This document shows positions 54,342-64,000 of a stretch of DNA of 64,000 bases, one piece after another. Every line of letters starts with the position of its first letter. The stretch's first letter is position 1. The stretch lies in contig CAVUVW010000002.1 of NCBI GenBank assembly GCA_963745035.1, positions 128,001-192,000 of the forward strand. Reading direction: 5' to 3'. Both the position numbers and the translations under genes were made by a program. This DNA comes from an uncultured delta proteobacterium (GTDB taxonomy: Bacteria; Desulfobacterota; Binatia; UBA9968). Under the pieces are notes generated by a model, which saw only the letters and a list, made by a program, of their open reading frames with translations, ran no database searches and was not told the DNA's origin.

Positions 54342-55233
54342 ATGGCCGAGCTCATGAACACCCGGGAGGTCGCGCGCTACCTGGGCATCAACGAAAAGAA
54401 GGTCTATTCCCTCGCCAAACTCGGCAAGATTCCTTGCACGAGGGTGACCGGCAAATGGACTTTCCCGAAGCAATTGATCGACCGGTGGATCGAGGAGAGC
54501 GCTTGCGCTCTGGTTGCGCCAAGGGCCAAAGCCATAGAGCGCGCGTTTCTTCTCGCCGCGGGGAGCGACGACCCAAGCCTCGTGATCCTGCACGATCTTT
54601 ACGAAGCACAAACACGATCCGCTTCCTTCTTTATGACCACCGTCGGCAGTAGCGGCGGTCTGGCAGCGATTCACAGCGGCGTAGCTGATTTTGCCACGGC
54701 GCACCTGCTGGAACCGCGGCGGGCCGGTGTTGGTGAGGTGGTATTGCCACCCGGCGCCGTCGTGGTCGAGGCTTTTTATCGCGAGATGGGCCTTGTCGTG
54801 GCGCGGGGGAATCCCAAAGGCATCCAAGCAATCCGCGATCTTGGGCGCGCTGAATTTACGCATCGTCAATCGCCAGCCCGGCTCGGGAACGCGGATCTAT
54901 CTCGATCAGGAGCTGGCGCGCGCCAAGTTGCACGGCAAGAAGATTTCCGGTTACGAGAGTGAAGTCACAACGCATTTCGAAGTCGCGCGGCGGATCTTGC
55001 GGGGCGCTGCCGATGCCGGCTTGGCAACCCGCACAACCGCGGAGTCGCTTGGAGTCGATTTTATCCCTCTCACCCGAGAGCGTTTCGATGTCGTCATTGC
55101 CAAAGAGCGCTTCTTCTCGCCTGGGATCCAGGTTTTGCTTGGCGTCCTCGGCTCCCGTGAGTTCCGCCAACGAGTGGACGCATTAGGGGGATACGACACC
55201 ACCGGGTCCGGCCGAATCGTCACCGCACACTAG
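54342..55233 (+). CDS. Excisionase-type HTH + PBP-like (molybdate/tungstate-binding) regulator; frameshift near 54845
   Basis: MNTREVARYLGINEKKVY...VTGKWTFP, AGSDDP, GSSGGL, VNRQPGSGTR, ERFDVVI. Confidence 0.85.
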
Positions 55234-55257
55234 TTGACCCAAAAAAGGGAGAAGGCT

Positions 55258-56109
55258 ATGCGGCAACAAAGACTGCTCTTTCTCGCCATGTTTTTCATGG
55301 CCTTAGGAGCCGGCGCGCCAACACAGGCAGCCGAAGTCAAGGACAAGAACGTTATTCTTTCAACGACAACGAGTACCCAGGATTCCGGCCTGCTCGATGT
55401 TTTGGTGCCGTTGTTTGAAAAAGCGACGGGATACTCGGTCAAAACGATTTCGGTGGGCACGGGTCAAGCATTGGCGCTGGCGGCAAAGGGCGATGCCGAC
55501 GTGGCGCTGGTTCACGCGCCGAGTCTGGAGAAGAAATACGTAGCGGATGGAAAGCTCCAGAACCGACGCCTGGTCATGTACAACGACTTCGTCCTCATCG
55601 GACCGAAGCAGGATCCTGCCAAGATCAAATCAGCGAAAGGTGCGCTTGCGGCAATGAAGCTCATCGCGCAGGCTAAATCTCCCTTCGTGTCCCGCGGCGA
55701 CAATTCGGGCACCCACAGTCTCGAGAAGTCTCTCTGGAAGGACGCCGGCGTGGAACCAAAGGGTGACTGGTACATCGAGGCCGGCCAGGGAATGGGGGCG
55801 ACCTTGGGCATCGCCAACGAACGCAACGCCTACACGATCACCGATCGTGGAACTTACCTGGCTCTCGCCAAGCGGGTCACACTGCCGATCTTGGTGGAAG
55901 GAGACCGAGCGCTGTTGAACGTCTATTCGGTCATGGAGGTGAATCCCGCGAACGGTCCAAGGGTCAATGCAACGGGTGGAAAAGCATTGGCCGACTTTAT
56001 GGTGTCGCCGCAAGCGCAGAACGCGATCAAATCCTTTGGCGTGGAGAAATTCGGCCAACCCTTGTTTGTTCCGGTGGCGGGCAAACGCGAGGATGACTTG
56101 GGAGGTTGA
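55258..56109 (+). CDS. tupA: Tungstate ABC transporter substrate-binding protein
   Basis: TTTS motif (STTTSTQDSGLL), VGTGQAL, SRGDNSGTH, TDRGTY. Confidence 0.93.
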   Translation: MRQQRLLFLAMFFMALGAGAPTQAAEVKDKNVILSTTTSTQDSGLLDVLVPLFEKATGYSVKTISVGTGQALALAAKGDADVALVHAPSLEKKYVADGKLQNRRLVMYNDFVLIGPKQDPAKIKSAKGALAAMKLIAQAKSPFVSRGDNSGTHSLEKSLWKDAGVEPKGDWYIEAGQGMGATLGIANERNAYTITDRGTYLALAKRVTLPILVEGDRALLNVYSVMEVNPANGPRVNATGGKALADFMVSPQAQNAIKSFGVEKFGQPLFVPVAGKREDDLGG

Positions 56110-56110
56110 C

Positions 56111-56824
56111 TTGGAATTAATCTGGCAGGGTTTTCTGAAAGCCATCGAGTTGATCGTTTCCGGCGATGCGGAAGTTTGGGCGATTACTTTGTTGTCGCTC
56201 AAGATTTCGGGCACGGCCACGCTTATTTCGTTGTTGCTGGGGATTCCTTTAGGAATCACGCTGGCGATGGTCGGATTTCCTGGTCGCACCGTCATCGCGG
56301 CCTTGGTCAATACAGGCATGGGCTTGCCACCCGTCGTGGTCGGGCTGTTCATCTCCATCTTTCTATGGCGTAGCGGACCATTGGGATTTTTAGAATTGAT
56401 CTACACGCCAGAGGCGATGATTGTCGCTCAAGTCGTCATCGCTTTTCCCATCGTCGCAGGTCTGACCATGGCGACATTCCAGACTATCGATCCCAATCTT
56501 GCTCTGCAATTACTCGGTCTCGGTGCATCTCGGATGCAGATGTTGTGGCTCCTCTGCAAGGAAGCTCGCTTGCCGCTCCTTGCCGCCGTGATGGCCGGCT
56601 TCGGTGGAGTCATCTCCGAAGTGGGCGCTTCCATGATGGTTGGAGGCAACATCCGAGGGCAGACCCGCGTACTAACAACGGCGACGGTGCTGGAGACCGG
56701 CAAAGGAAACTTTGACGTTGCCATTGCTTTAGGGTTGATTCTTCTGAGTCTCTGCTTCGCGCTGAATTATTTTTTGACCCACATCCAGCAGCGGGGCCGC
56801 AGCAAATGGCCCCTCCTCTTCTAA
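56111..56824 (+). CDS. tupB: Tungstate ABC transporter permease
   Basis: MGLPPVVVGL, ISEVGASMMVGGNIRGQTRVLTTA; GGAGG RBS before TTG. Confidence 0.92.
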   Translation: MELIWQGFLKAIELIVSGDAEVWAITLLSLKISGTATLISLLLGIPLGITLAMVGFPGRTVIAALVNTGMGLPPVVVGLFISIFLWRSGPLGFLELIYTPEAMIVAQVVIAFPIVAGLTMATFQTIDPNLALQLLGLGASRMQMLWLLCKEARLPLLAAVMAGFGGVISEVGASMMVGGNIRGQTRVLTTATVLETGKGNFDVAIALGLILLSLCFALNYFLTHIQQRGRSKWPLLF

Positions 56825-56919
56825 CCTTGCGGGATGTTCGGATTCGCTACGGACCGGCAACCGTCCTCGACGTCCCGGTTCTGGAGATTCACCGGCCCTG
56901 CGAGCCGGGAAGTTGCTGA
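56806..56919 (+). pseudogene. tupC: Truncated N-terminus of the ABC ATPase TupC
   Basis: MAPPLLTLRDVRIRYGPATVLDVPVLEIH overlaps the tupB end, then similarity stops before any Walker A motif. Confidence 0.65.
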
Positions 56920-57480
56920 TCTGGTCGCTGTATGATCGTTAAACGAAATTTTTCCTGAGCTCACAATACAGAAGAGAGAAGTCGTTCCGGTTTTGTTCCA
57001 AAACTGGATGCCAATGCTTGTCACTCCGTGGAATTTAGACGAGACAAAGTGACTGATTCGCAGGGCGTTGTTTCCCCGTATCACTTGGTGATCTTACGTT
57101 TGTTGCCTCTACCGCGCAAAATAAATGATGGAATCAAAAACCGGAGCCGACAGGCTCCCTTATTGATGTCATGTCAAATTTACTTTGCCCCAGAGTGGGC
57201 AAAGCCGTTGGTATCGTTGCAGCCATGGCGTTGGAAATTACCGCGTGATCGCGTTCCAGGGGATAGCGCCTCAAGGAGATCAGCTCCATCAGAACCTTGC
57301 TGCCGCCCAAAAGGATTCAATCCCAAAGGACACGATGCTTGTGACGAAAAGAAATGCGGAACTAGCGAGGTCTCCGGCTGAGTGGCACGACGTGAGCCGA
57401 AACGGGTAGATCTTTGCGGTTCAAGCCTAAACAGAAGCTTAACAGTAAGCGAATTTTGACGAGATCCGCAATGATCCGGT

Positions 57481-57687
57481 CTATCTCCGCCCAGAATCTT
57501 GCGGCGACTTAACCGAGGACTTAGGACGGTTTACTTTGCTTTCGCCGAAAGTAACCATGTGTCCAATTCTCCCGCTGCCGTTACACTGTTTGCACTTGAC
57601 CTTGAGAAACTTCATGCGCCGGATTGAGCCGTTGCCGTAGCAGTGGCTACAGATAGAGGACCACGAGATCGGGAAATCACCGCTCAT
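57481..57687 (-). CDS. Small DnaJ-type zinc-finger protein
   Basis: CSHCYGNG and CKQCNGSG motifs. Confidence 0.55.
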   Translation of the reverse strand: MSGDFPISWSSICSHCYGNGSIRRMKFLKVKCKQCNGSGRIGHMVTFGESKVNRPKSSVKSPQDSGRR

Positions 57688-57856
57688 TGTAATATTTTTT
57701 ACGCAAGTGGGCTTACAAGCAACCGATCAGCGACACGAACAGCCGAAGTCAGCAATCACCTGGACCTTTGAACGGCCTAGCAAGCAAAGGCGTTTATACA
57801 AGCTAAACTTGTCTCCACGTGAGTCTGCCCGATGCGTCAACGCCAGGAGAAAACGT

Positions 57857-58213
57857 TTACGAGATCCGTATCTCTCCAAGTTCTCGAAGGGTCATGTCCT
57901 TCTTGCGAACAATGTCCAAGATAATCTTTTGTTGTGCCGATTGAGGCACGGGCAACATGACTGTGTACTCGCAGTACTTGCTGCGACGAAGCCGGAGTCG
58001 AAGCTCGCCGGGACAGTAATTGACTACTTTCACGATAACGTCGCTGAGATCAGCCTTGGGGGGAATTTGGACGTCCTCTGCGGCTTCGCCGATCGTGACG
58101 CTTGCTGGCCAGTGCGCCCAATATTCGTGCAAAACCATCCTAGTTTCTCCCGTGCTCAAATACCGCCAAACCAGGAAATACGAAGCCAAAATGGCTACGA
58201 AATGCTTATCCAC
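57857..58213 (-). CDS. Hypothetical protein (start uncertain)
   Basis: ORF with globular composition; GGAG precedes an internal Met (MVLHEYW). Confidence 0.45.
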   Translation of the reverse strand: MDKHFVAILASYFLVWRYLSTGETRMVLHEYWAHWPASVTIGEAAEDVQIPPKADLSDVIVKVVNYCPGELRLRLRRSKYCEYTVMLPVPQSAQQKIILDIVRKKDMTLRELGEIRIS

Positions 58214-58588
58214 TCAAACGACTTGAATCAAGAGAGTTGGACAAAAAACCTCACGATTATCCAAAATTTAATGAACTTGGGCATGTTTTGCCCTGTGTCC
58301 CGATCGAAATCAAAAGATGCATAGCAATGAGTGCGTTTGCGGCGATGAGAAGCGTCCGAAACGATAAAGCATCACCACACTCGCACCATCTGCGTGCGAC
58401 ACCCCATGTCCCGTCTGCACTGCCTCCGCCTCCAGCTCTCTTCCACAGAGCGGACGAACTACCGCGCCGCTGAAGGGGATGCACTGACGCGAAATCAGAC
58501 ATGGCAAATCGGGCTGGCCTTGTCTTGTGCAGCTCCTTTTGATAGTCGACATTCCGTGGCCCGGCAGGCGCGGCCAGAATAAGTTGAT

Positions 58589-59068
58589 ATGATCCACGTT
58601 CCGAATTATGCCAATGCCCTGCGGTGCATCGCGCAGGTTTTGCAAAGCTACAGCGTAGACATCTTCCAGCTGAGCACTGACGGTGACGGTTTTCTGGTGG
58701 AATATCTCGACCCTAACCCGCCGTACCGAGAGATTCTCAAACTAGAATTTTCGGCGTCTAGAATTGAGGTTCTGGATCGTGACGGTGAGACGAAGCGGCG
58801 CCACACTAAATCTGACTTTCGATTCGACAGCTTCCCTGAAACTCTTAGAGCAGCGGGCCGATACGTGGACAGTAAACGCGCACAACTTCGGGGGCTCAAA
58901 AACAGCTCGGCTGAATGCGGCGAGTTAGAAATCGAATATCAAACCAGGGCAGGAGAATTGCGATCAGAGATATTAGACACGAGTTCTCTTCGTGAAATCG
59001 GCGTCTCCATGTACAAGCGGCGCAGCCGCATCTTAAACCCAGTTACCTTGCTCACACCCCGGGCTTAG
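58589..59068 (+). CDS. Hypothetical protein with internal two-fold repeat
   Basis: NYANALRCIAQVLQ and SFPETLRAAGRYVD halves, each followed by beta-strand-like segments. Confidence 0.6.
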   Translation: MIHVPNYANALRCIAQVLQSYSVDIFQLSTDGDGFLVEYLDPNPPYREILKLEFSASRIEVLDRDGETKRRHTKSDFRFDSFPETLRAAGRYVDSKRAQLRGLKNSSAECGELEIEYQTRAGELRSEILDTSSLREIGVSMYKRRSRILNPVTLLTPRA

Positions 59069-59181
59069 CTGATGTGGCTTCGGTTTTTGGTCTCGCAACT
59101 CAGTGGAGCGCTAACTCCCGAATCCTAATGGTGACTAGTAATAGATCTCCATTGGGGAGTCTGAACCGAAAAGTGAAAAGA

Positions 59182-59211
59182 GGGATGAGCCCACACCAAT
59201 GAGCTCATCCC
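59182..59211 (-). terminator. Intrinsic terminator
   Basis: GGGATGAGC/GCTCATCCC stem followed on the minus strand by TCTTTTCACTTTT. Confidence 0.75.
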
Positions 59212-59225
59212 CGATTTAACACGGC

Positions 59226-59792
59226 CTACACTACCGGCCGAACTCTAGGTTTATCGCTCTCGGCGAAATCAGCACCCGTCTCTCCTGTAGAGGAGACATC
59301 GTGAGCGCCGGTCCTCTCCAAAACGTCTTTCGCTTTTGACGTCCACTCGGAGTTATCGCAGTGGACCGAAATCAGAATGCCGCCTTCTTTGATCATTCCC
59401 TCATACCGTTGCGCTTTGTATTCGGGGATACCTGCTCCAGCCAACGCGCCCACCATGCCACCCGCCGTACCGCCTACACCCATACCGGCGAGCATTGCGA
59501 CAATCGGCCCAGCGGCCAGGAAAGGACCGACGCCGGGAATGACGATCGACCCCACGCCTGCGAGCCAACCAAGGACACCTCCGGCCAGGGCTCCTGTGCT
59601 GGCGCCAGCCACAGCTCCTTCTGGCGCTTTGGTTCCCTTTTCATGAGCGAAATCTTTCGTACCCTCGTTTGCTGGAAACAATACAGACATGTCCGTTGTG
59701 CGGAATCCCTCCCGTTCCAACGCTTCTACTCCATTCCGTAGGCTCGCCTCATTCCGGTAAATTCCAAATGCCGAAGTATTTTTTCCTGCCAT
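59226..59792 (-). CDS. General stress membrane protein (DUF3341-like, Gly-zipper)
   Basis: FAHEKGTKAPEGA, IPGVGPFLAAGPI, GIPEYKAQRYE; AAGGAG RBS. Confidence 0.82.
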   Translation of the reverse strand: MAGKNTSAFGIYRNEASLRNGVEALEREGFRTTDMSVLFPANEGTKDFAHEKGTKAPEGAVAGASTGALAGGVLGWLAGVGSIVIPGVGPFLAAGPIVAMLAGMGVGGTAGGMVGALAGAGIPEYKAQRYEGMIKEGGILISVHCDNSEWTSKAKDVLERTGAHDVSSTGETGADFAESDKPRVRPVV

Positions 59793-60189
59793 GTTCGATC
59801 TCCTTCCTGTTTTCCAAATGATCTATGTCCCGCAGCCGGAACAATTACCTCGTGCGTTTTTGCAGCATGAGGATGTTTTCCGCGCTTATTTGAGACTGAG
59901 AGCACAAGTGAGCAAGGGATATGCCGCGTTAAACAGATGCGCAGTCGTTTTATGTCGACTTCTGGGATTTAATTGGCAGAGACAAATGTTCCTACAGCTA
60001 GAGGTCAAAGTGAAATTCGCGTGGCATATCCGTTGCGAATTGATCGAGACAATCTAACTTGGAAGTGGTTCGCAGAAGGAGTACGGGTAGGCAGAATACC
60101 AGGATACGCATTCTCAAGTTCCTCGATAGATGTGTCCCGACTGTGAACCTACGGTCCGAGAGAGCGCGCAGCCGGCGCAGCAAAACGTA

Positions 60190-60315
60190 CAAACGGTCTC
60201 GCGGCTTGAGTACGATGCGCTGCGAGCGCGCTCCCTCGCTGAGCGCCTCAGCGACGTGCTCACAAAGGCGATCGGCAGCTTAGCGTCGATTACATTTCAC
60301 GTCGTTTGGTTCACC
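60190..60315 (+). pseudogene. Possible N-terminal remnant of a DUF1003 membrane protein
   Basis: RSLAERLSDVLTKAIGSLASITFHVVWF, then loss of similarity. Confidence 0.4.
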
Positions 60316-60501
60316 TCTACCGACATTGCGGCAAAGAGCCGTTCTCCCGACGTGGCAGGATTTTCAAGGAACGGGTGCCTGTCACTGGCGCCGGGCGATA
60401 CGGGAATCTACAATCCTCGTGTCGGGTGGGTTCTTTCGGGCCACTTGGGATCGAGGCAATCCGCGTCTAGGACTTTCCAGCCAGACGCTTCAGCATTACT
60501 C

Positions 60502-62150
60502 ATGAACACGAGCCGAAACTCCGCTGAACGCGACGTTGACGAAACCCTCCTGACCACCAAGCCTTATTTTTGGTGGCAGCGCGGGATCATCTACCAGATC
60601 TATCCGCGCTCTTTCAAAGACAGTAACGGTGACGGGATCGGCGACCTTCGCGGTATCGTCGCCGGCCTCGACTATCTGCGCTGGCTCGGTATCGATGCCA
60701 TCTGGATTTCCCCAATCTATCCTTCGCCGATGAAGGATTTCGGTTATGACGTCGCCGATTACCAGTCAGTGGACCCACTGTTCGGTACGCTAGATGATTT
60801 TGACGAGCTTCTGCGCGAGGCGCATAGCCGAGATATCAAAGTCATCCTCGACTTTGTACCCAACCACACGTCGGACCAGCATCCCTGGTTTCTCGAGTCG
60901 CGGGGGTCCCGCGAAAATCCAAAGCGCGACTGGTACATCTGGCGCGATCCCGCACCGGGCGGCGGGCCGCCGAACAATTGGCTTTCCTGCTTCGGCGGCA
61001 GTGCATGGGAGTATGACGAGAGAACCGGTCAATACTACTATCATGCATTCTTGAAAGAGCAGCCGGACCTCAACTGGCGAAATCCTCAGGTGGTCGAAGC
61101 CATGCTCGATGTGCTGCGCTTCTGGCTCGATCGCGGCGTGGACGGATTCCGTGTCGATGTGATTTGGCACTTAATCAAGGACGAGAGTTTCTCCGACAAC
61201 CCGCCAAACCCGGAGTGGCATGAGGGCATAGACCCGTACCAAGCAATCGTCCCGCTGCATACCACCGACCGGCCTGAGGTTCATCAGATCATCGCATTGA
61301 TGCGCCGGGTCGTTGACAGCTACCCTGAGCGCGTGCTGATCGGCGAAATTTATCTTTCCATCGAACGGTTGGTGCAATACTACGGTGTAAACCTCTCAGG
61401 CGTTCACCTGCCGTTCAACTTTCAATTGCTGCTGGCCCAATGGGATGCGCGGCACATCGCGCGGTTGATCGTGGAATACGAGAAGGCGCTTCCCGAAGGC
61501 GGGTGGCCCAACTGGGTGCTCGGCAATCACGACCGCAGCCGCATCGCTTCGCGAGTGGGAAGGGCGCAGGCGCGCGTCGCTGCTATGCTCCTGCTCACCT
61601 TGCGTGGTACGCCGACGCTTTATTATGGCGATGAGATCGGCATGCAGGATGTTCCCGTTCCCACTGAGCGCGCCTGTGACCCGGTCGAACTAAGAATTCC
61701 GGGTTTGGGACTCGGTCGGGACCCCGAGCGCACGCCCATGCAATGGAGTGCGGACAAGAATGCGGGGTTCAGCACTGGCGAGCCATGGCTTCCAATCGCC
61801 CGCGATTATGCCGAGGTCAATGTCGAGTCCGAGCGCCAAGAGCCGTCTTCGCTGCTCACGTTGTACCGCAGTTTGATCGCTCTCCGCCGGGGTGAACCCG
61901 CTTTAGAACTGGGCCGCTTCGAACCGATTGAGGCATCAGGGGATGTCCTGGCCTATTTGCGGCGCTCACCCAGGACGGCAGCACGTTCCTTATCGCCCTT
62001 AATCTCGGACCCAATCCGCAGGTTCTCGGAGATGCGCCGCGGTGCACCATCGAAGTTTCCACACATCTCGACCGTATACGCGAGTCTGTTTCCGGCGACC
62101 TGCAACTGCGGCCCGACGAAGGCGTGGTGGCGCGGCTACGCGCTGATTAA
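60502..62150 (+). CDS. GH13 alpha-glucosidase/oligo-1,6-glucosidase; frameshift near 61970
   Basis: YQIYPRSFKDSNGDGIGDL, DFVPNHTS, GFRVDV, IGEI, LGNHD, YYGDEIGM; natural tail LRPDEGVV in another frame. Confidence 0.9.
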
Positions 62151-62732
62151 TGGTGGAGATTGCGATGGCTCCAATTCCTGCATCTCCAGATCGAGCGACG
62201 AACGCGGCAACGCCAAGCGCCAGCCAAACCATTCCGTTGTTTTTCATGAGCGGAGGACGGCTGGTGTCCATATGCTGTCCGATGCGCCGCTTGGTGTCTG
62301 TTTCGAACTTCAGTTTACAAATCCCTTTTAGAGCCGGATGATGAGTTAAAACCATCGCGGCTTTAATTCGCAATCGTATTCTTCTATCGCTTCAATTCAG
62401 GTTTCACGCCTCCATGTCGGATCGCGGGCGCTTGCGTCACGATCTCTTAAAACGTGTAAGTTGCCGGGTGTGCTCGTTTCGGGACAGTGTCCTCGCGGTG
62501 TGACAGTTCATTGAGCCGCGTTCGTAGCGCAACGCGCCTATTGCCGGGGTGATGTCTACCCCGCCGGACGTCGAGGTTCTTGGCATTGAGCTTGCGGCCC
62601 AATCCTCGCGAGATCGATCGGACCTGGAGTACGCGCCAAGTCATCTGCGCGGAAATTGGGCGCCCGAGAAGCGAGTCGTGCGATGCAGCCCGCCAGTTCG
62701 CGACATAGGCAGCGTGCAACTGAGGTGATGCC

Positions 62733-64000
62733 ATGGCCAATACAGCGGCAGATGTTCTTTTAGATACAATCCACGATTGGGGAGTAGATGTCGTCTTCGG
62801 TCTCCCCGGAGACGGCATCAATGGCATCATGGAAGCGCTGCGCCAGCGCCAGGAGAAAATCCGCTTCATACAGGTACGGCATGAGGAAGCGGCGGCGTTC
62901 ATGGCTTGTGCCTATGCGAAGTATACCGGCAAGCTGGGCGTCTGCGTTGCCACGTCCGGACCCGGCGGCATCCACCTGCTCAACGGCCTTTACGACGCGA
63001 AGCTCGACGGCCAGCCCGTGCTCGCGATCACCGGTCATCACTACCATGATCTCATCGATACCTACGCCCAGCAGGACGTCAATCTCGATCGCCTGTTCAT
63101 GGACGTGGCGGTGTACAACACCCGCGTCATGGGTCCGGCGCATGTGGAACAGGTGGCCAACATCGCGTGCCGCACGGCCCTAGCTTACCGCGGCGTTGCG
63201 CACATCAATTTTCCAGTCGATCTGCAGGAGCAGGAAGGCGGCGAGCGCTCTAAGCGCAATATCGCGGGCCACACTTCGGATGTTTTCGCCGCGCCGCCGG
63301 CGACACCGAGCGATCACCAAATCAAGCGCGCCGCGGAGGTGCTGAATGCAGGAAAGAAGATCGCAATTCTGGCAGGCCAGGGAGCACTCAAAGCCGGCGA
63401 TGAGCTCGAGCGAGTAGCTGAAACGTTGCAGGCGCCGATCATCAAAGCGCTGTTGGGCAAGGCGGTGGTGCCGGACGATAGTGTCTATACCACAGGCGGC
63501 ATCGGACTCTTGGGCACCGCGCCGTCCCAAACTGCCATGGAGAACTGCGACACTCTGCTGATGGTAGGCACTTCATTTCCTTACATTGAATTTCTGCCCA
63601 AACCAGGACAGGCGCGCGGTGTGCAGATCGACCTCGACCCGGCGCGCGTCGGCCTGCGCTATCCGGTCGAGGTAGGCGTCGTGGGCGATAGCCGCGCCGC
63701 CCTGCAAAAGCTGATGCCTCTGCTCCGGCGCAACGAAGACTCGGACTTTCTCGAATCGGCGCAGAAGGGAATGAAAAAGTGGTGGGAGCTGATGGAGGAG
63801 CGCGGTACGCGCAAGGATCATCCCATGTATCCGCAGGTGGTTGCCTGGGAGCTTGACAAGCGCCTTTCCGACACGGCGATCGTCTCTGCCGACTCGGGCA
63901 CCATCGCAACCTGGTTTGCGCGCCAGATCCGCGCGCGGCGCGGTCAGATGTTTTCGCTCTCGGGAACGCTCGCCACCATGGCCAACGGCCTGCCGTACGC
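62733..64000 (+). CDS. TPP-dependent pyruvate oxidase/dehydrogenase (PoxB-like); runs past the right edge
   Basis: Own translation: MANTAADVLLDTIHDWGVDVVFGLPGDGING, VRHEEAAAFMA, TSGPGGIHLLNGLYDA, SGTLATMANGLPY. Confidence 0.9.
   Translation, partial: MANTAADVLLDTIHDWGVDVVFGLPGDGINGIMEALRQRQEKIRFIQVRHEEAAAFMACAYAKYTGKLGVCVATSGPGGIHLLNGLYDAKLDGQPVLAITGHHYHDLIDTYAQQDVNLDRLFMDVAVYNTRVMGPAHVEQVANIACRTALAYRGVAHINFPVDLQEQEGGERSKRNIAGHTSDVFAAPPATPSDHQIKRAAEVLNAGKKIAILAGQGALKAGDELERVAETLQAPIIKALLGKAVVPDDSVYTTGGIGLLGTAPSQTAMENCDTLLMVGTSFPYIEFLPKPGQARGVQIDLDPARVGLRYPVEVGVVGDSRAALQKLMPLLRRNEDSDFLESAQKGMKKWWELMEERGTRKDHPMYPQVVAWELDKRLSDTAIVSADSGTIATWFARQIRARRGQMFSLSGTLATMANGLPY

Noticed and set aside
54342-54500. 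Excisionase-like HTH as a prophage or ICE marker
   Set aside because: It is fused to a PBP-like sensing domain ahead of tupAB, and no integrase is nearby
1300-62000. About a dozen split genes (ndvB, kinase, GH130, rlmL, binding protein, amidohydrolase, murJ, methyltransferase 1, Sel1, regulator, GH13) as programmed frameshifts or pseudogenes
   Set aside because: They are single-base shifts, several at short homopolymers, with no shared slippery motif. They also hit normally essential murJ, and both halves stay intact. Sequencing indels are the simplest explanation.
60130-62331. 733-aa ORF as a novel membrane-glucosidase fusion
   Set aside because: The N-terminal extension is a short DUF1003-like remnant plus non-conserved sequence, and the tail results from a frameshift. 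The real enzyme is about 60502-62150.

Overview
A GC-rich bacterial chromosomal segment. The gene repertoire resembles uncultured soil 'Deltaproteobacteria'/Ca. Binatia (inference only). About a dozen genes are split by single-base frameshifts, which look like long-read indel errors. From left to right: (1) a carbohydrate/stress region with ndvB-type cyclic beta-1,2-glucan synthase, a GAF hybrid kinase, a Crp/Fnr regulator with three copies of a 16-bp Crp-type site, a GT4 + GH130 pair and a cyanobacterial-type glgC; (2) rlmL-like and RRM genes; (3) a long catabolic stretch (substrate-binding proteins, carboxyltransferase, UbiD, amidohydrolase, HpaB, PrpD) with a SET-domain gene and murJ; (4) a VOC gene followed by an AhpD/CMD gene whose in-frame TGA forms CxxU and is followed by a bacterial SECIS-like hairpin, i.e. 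a likely selenoprotein split by the ORF caller; (5) a CyaC-like cyclase and several regulator/enzyme pairs; (6) an uncharacterised envelope operon: lipoprotein serine hydrolase, two signal-peptide-bearing, Cys-conserved SAM-methyltransferase-fold paralogues and a Sel1 protein, with two in-frame MITEs; (7) a beta-propeller-like protein; (8) a tungstate uptake operon with truncated tupC next to a lower-GC orphan region; (9) a GH13 alpha-glucosidase and a PoxB-like enzyme that runs off the window. No rRNA, tRNA, CRISPR array or transposase was recognised.
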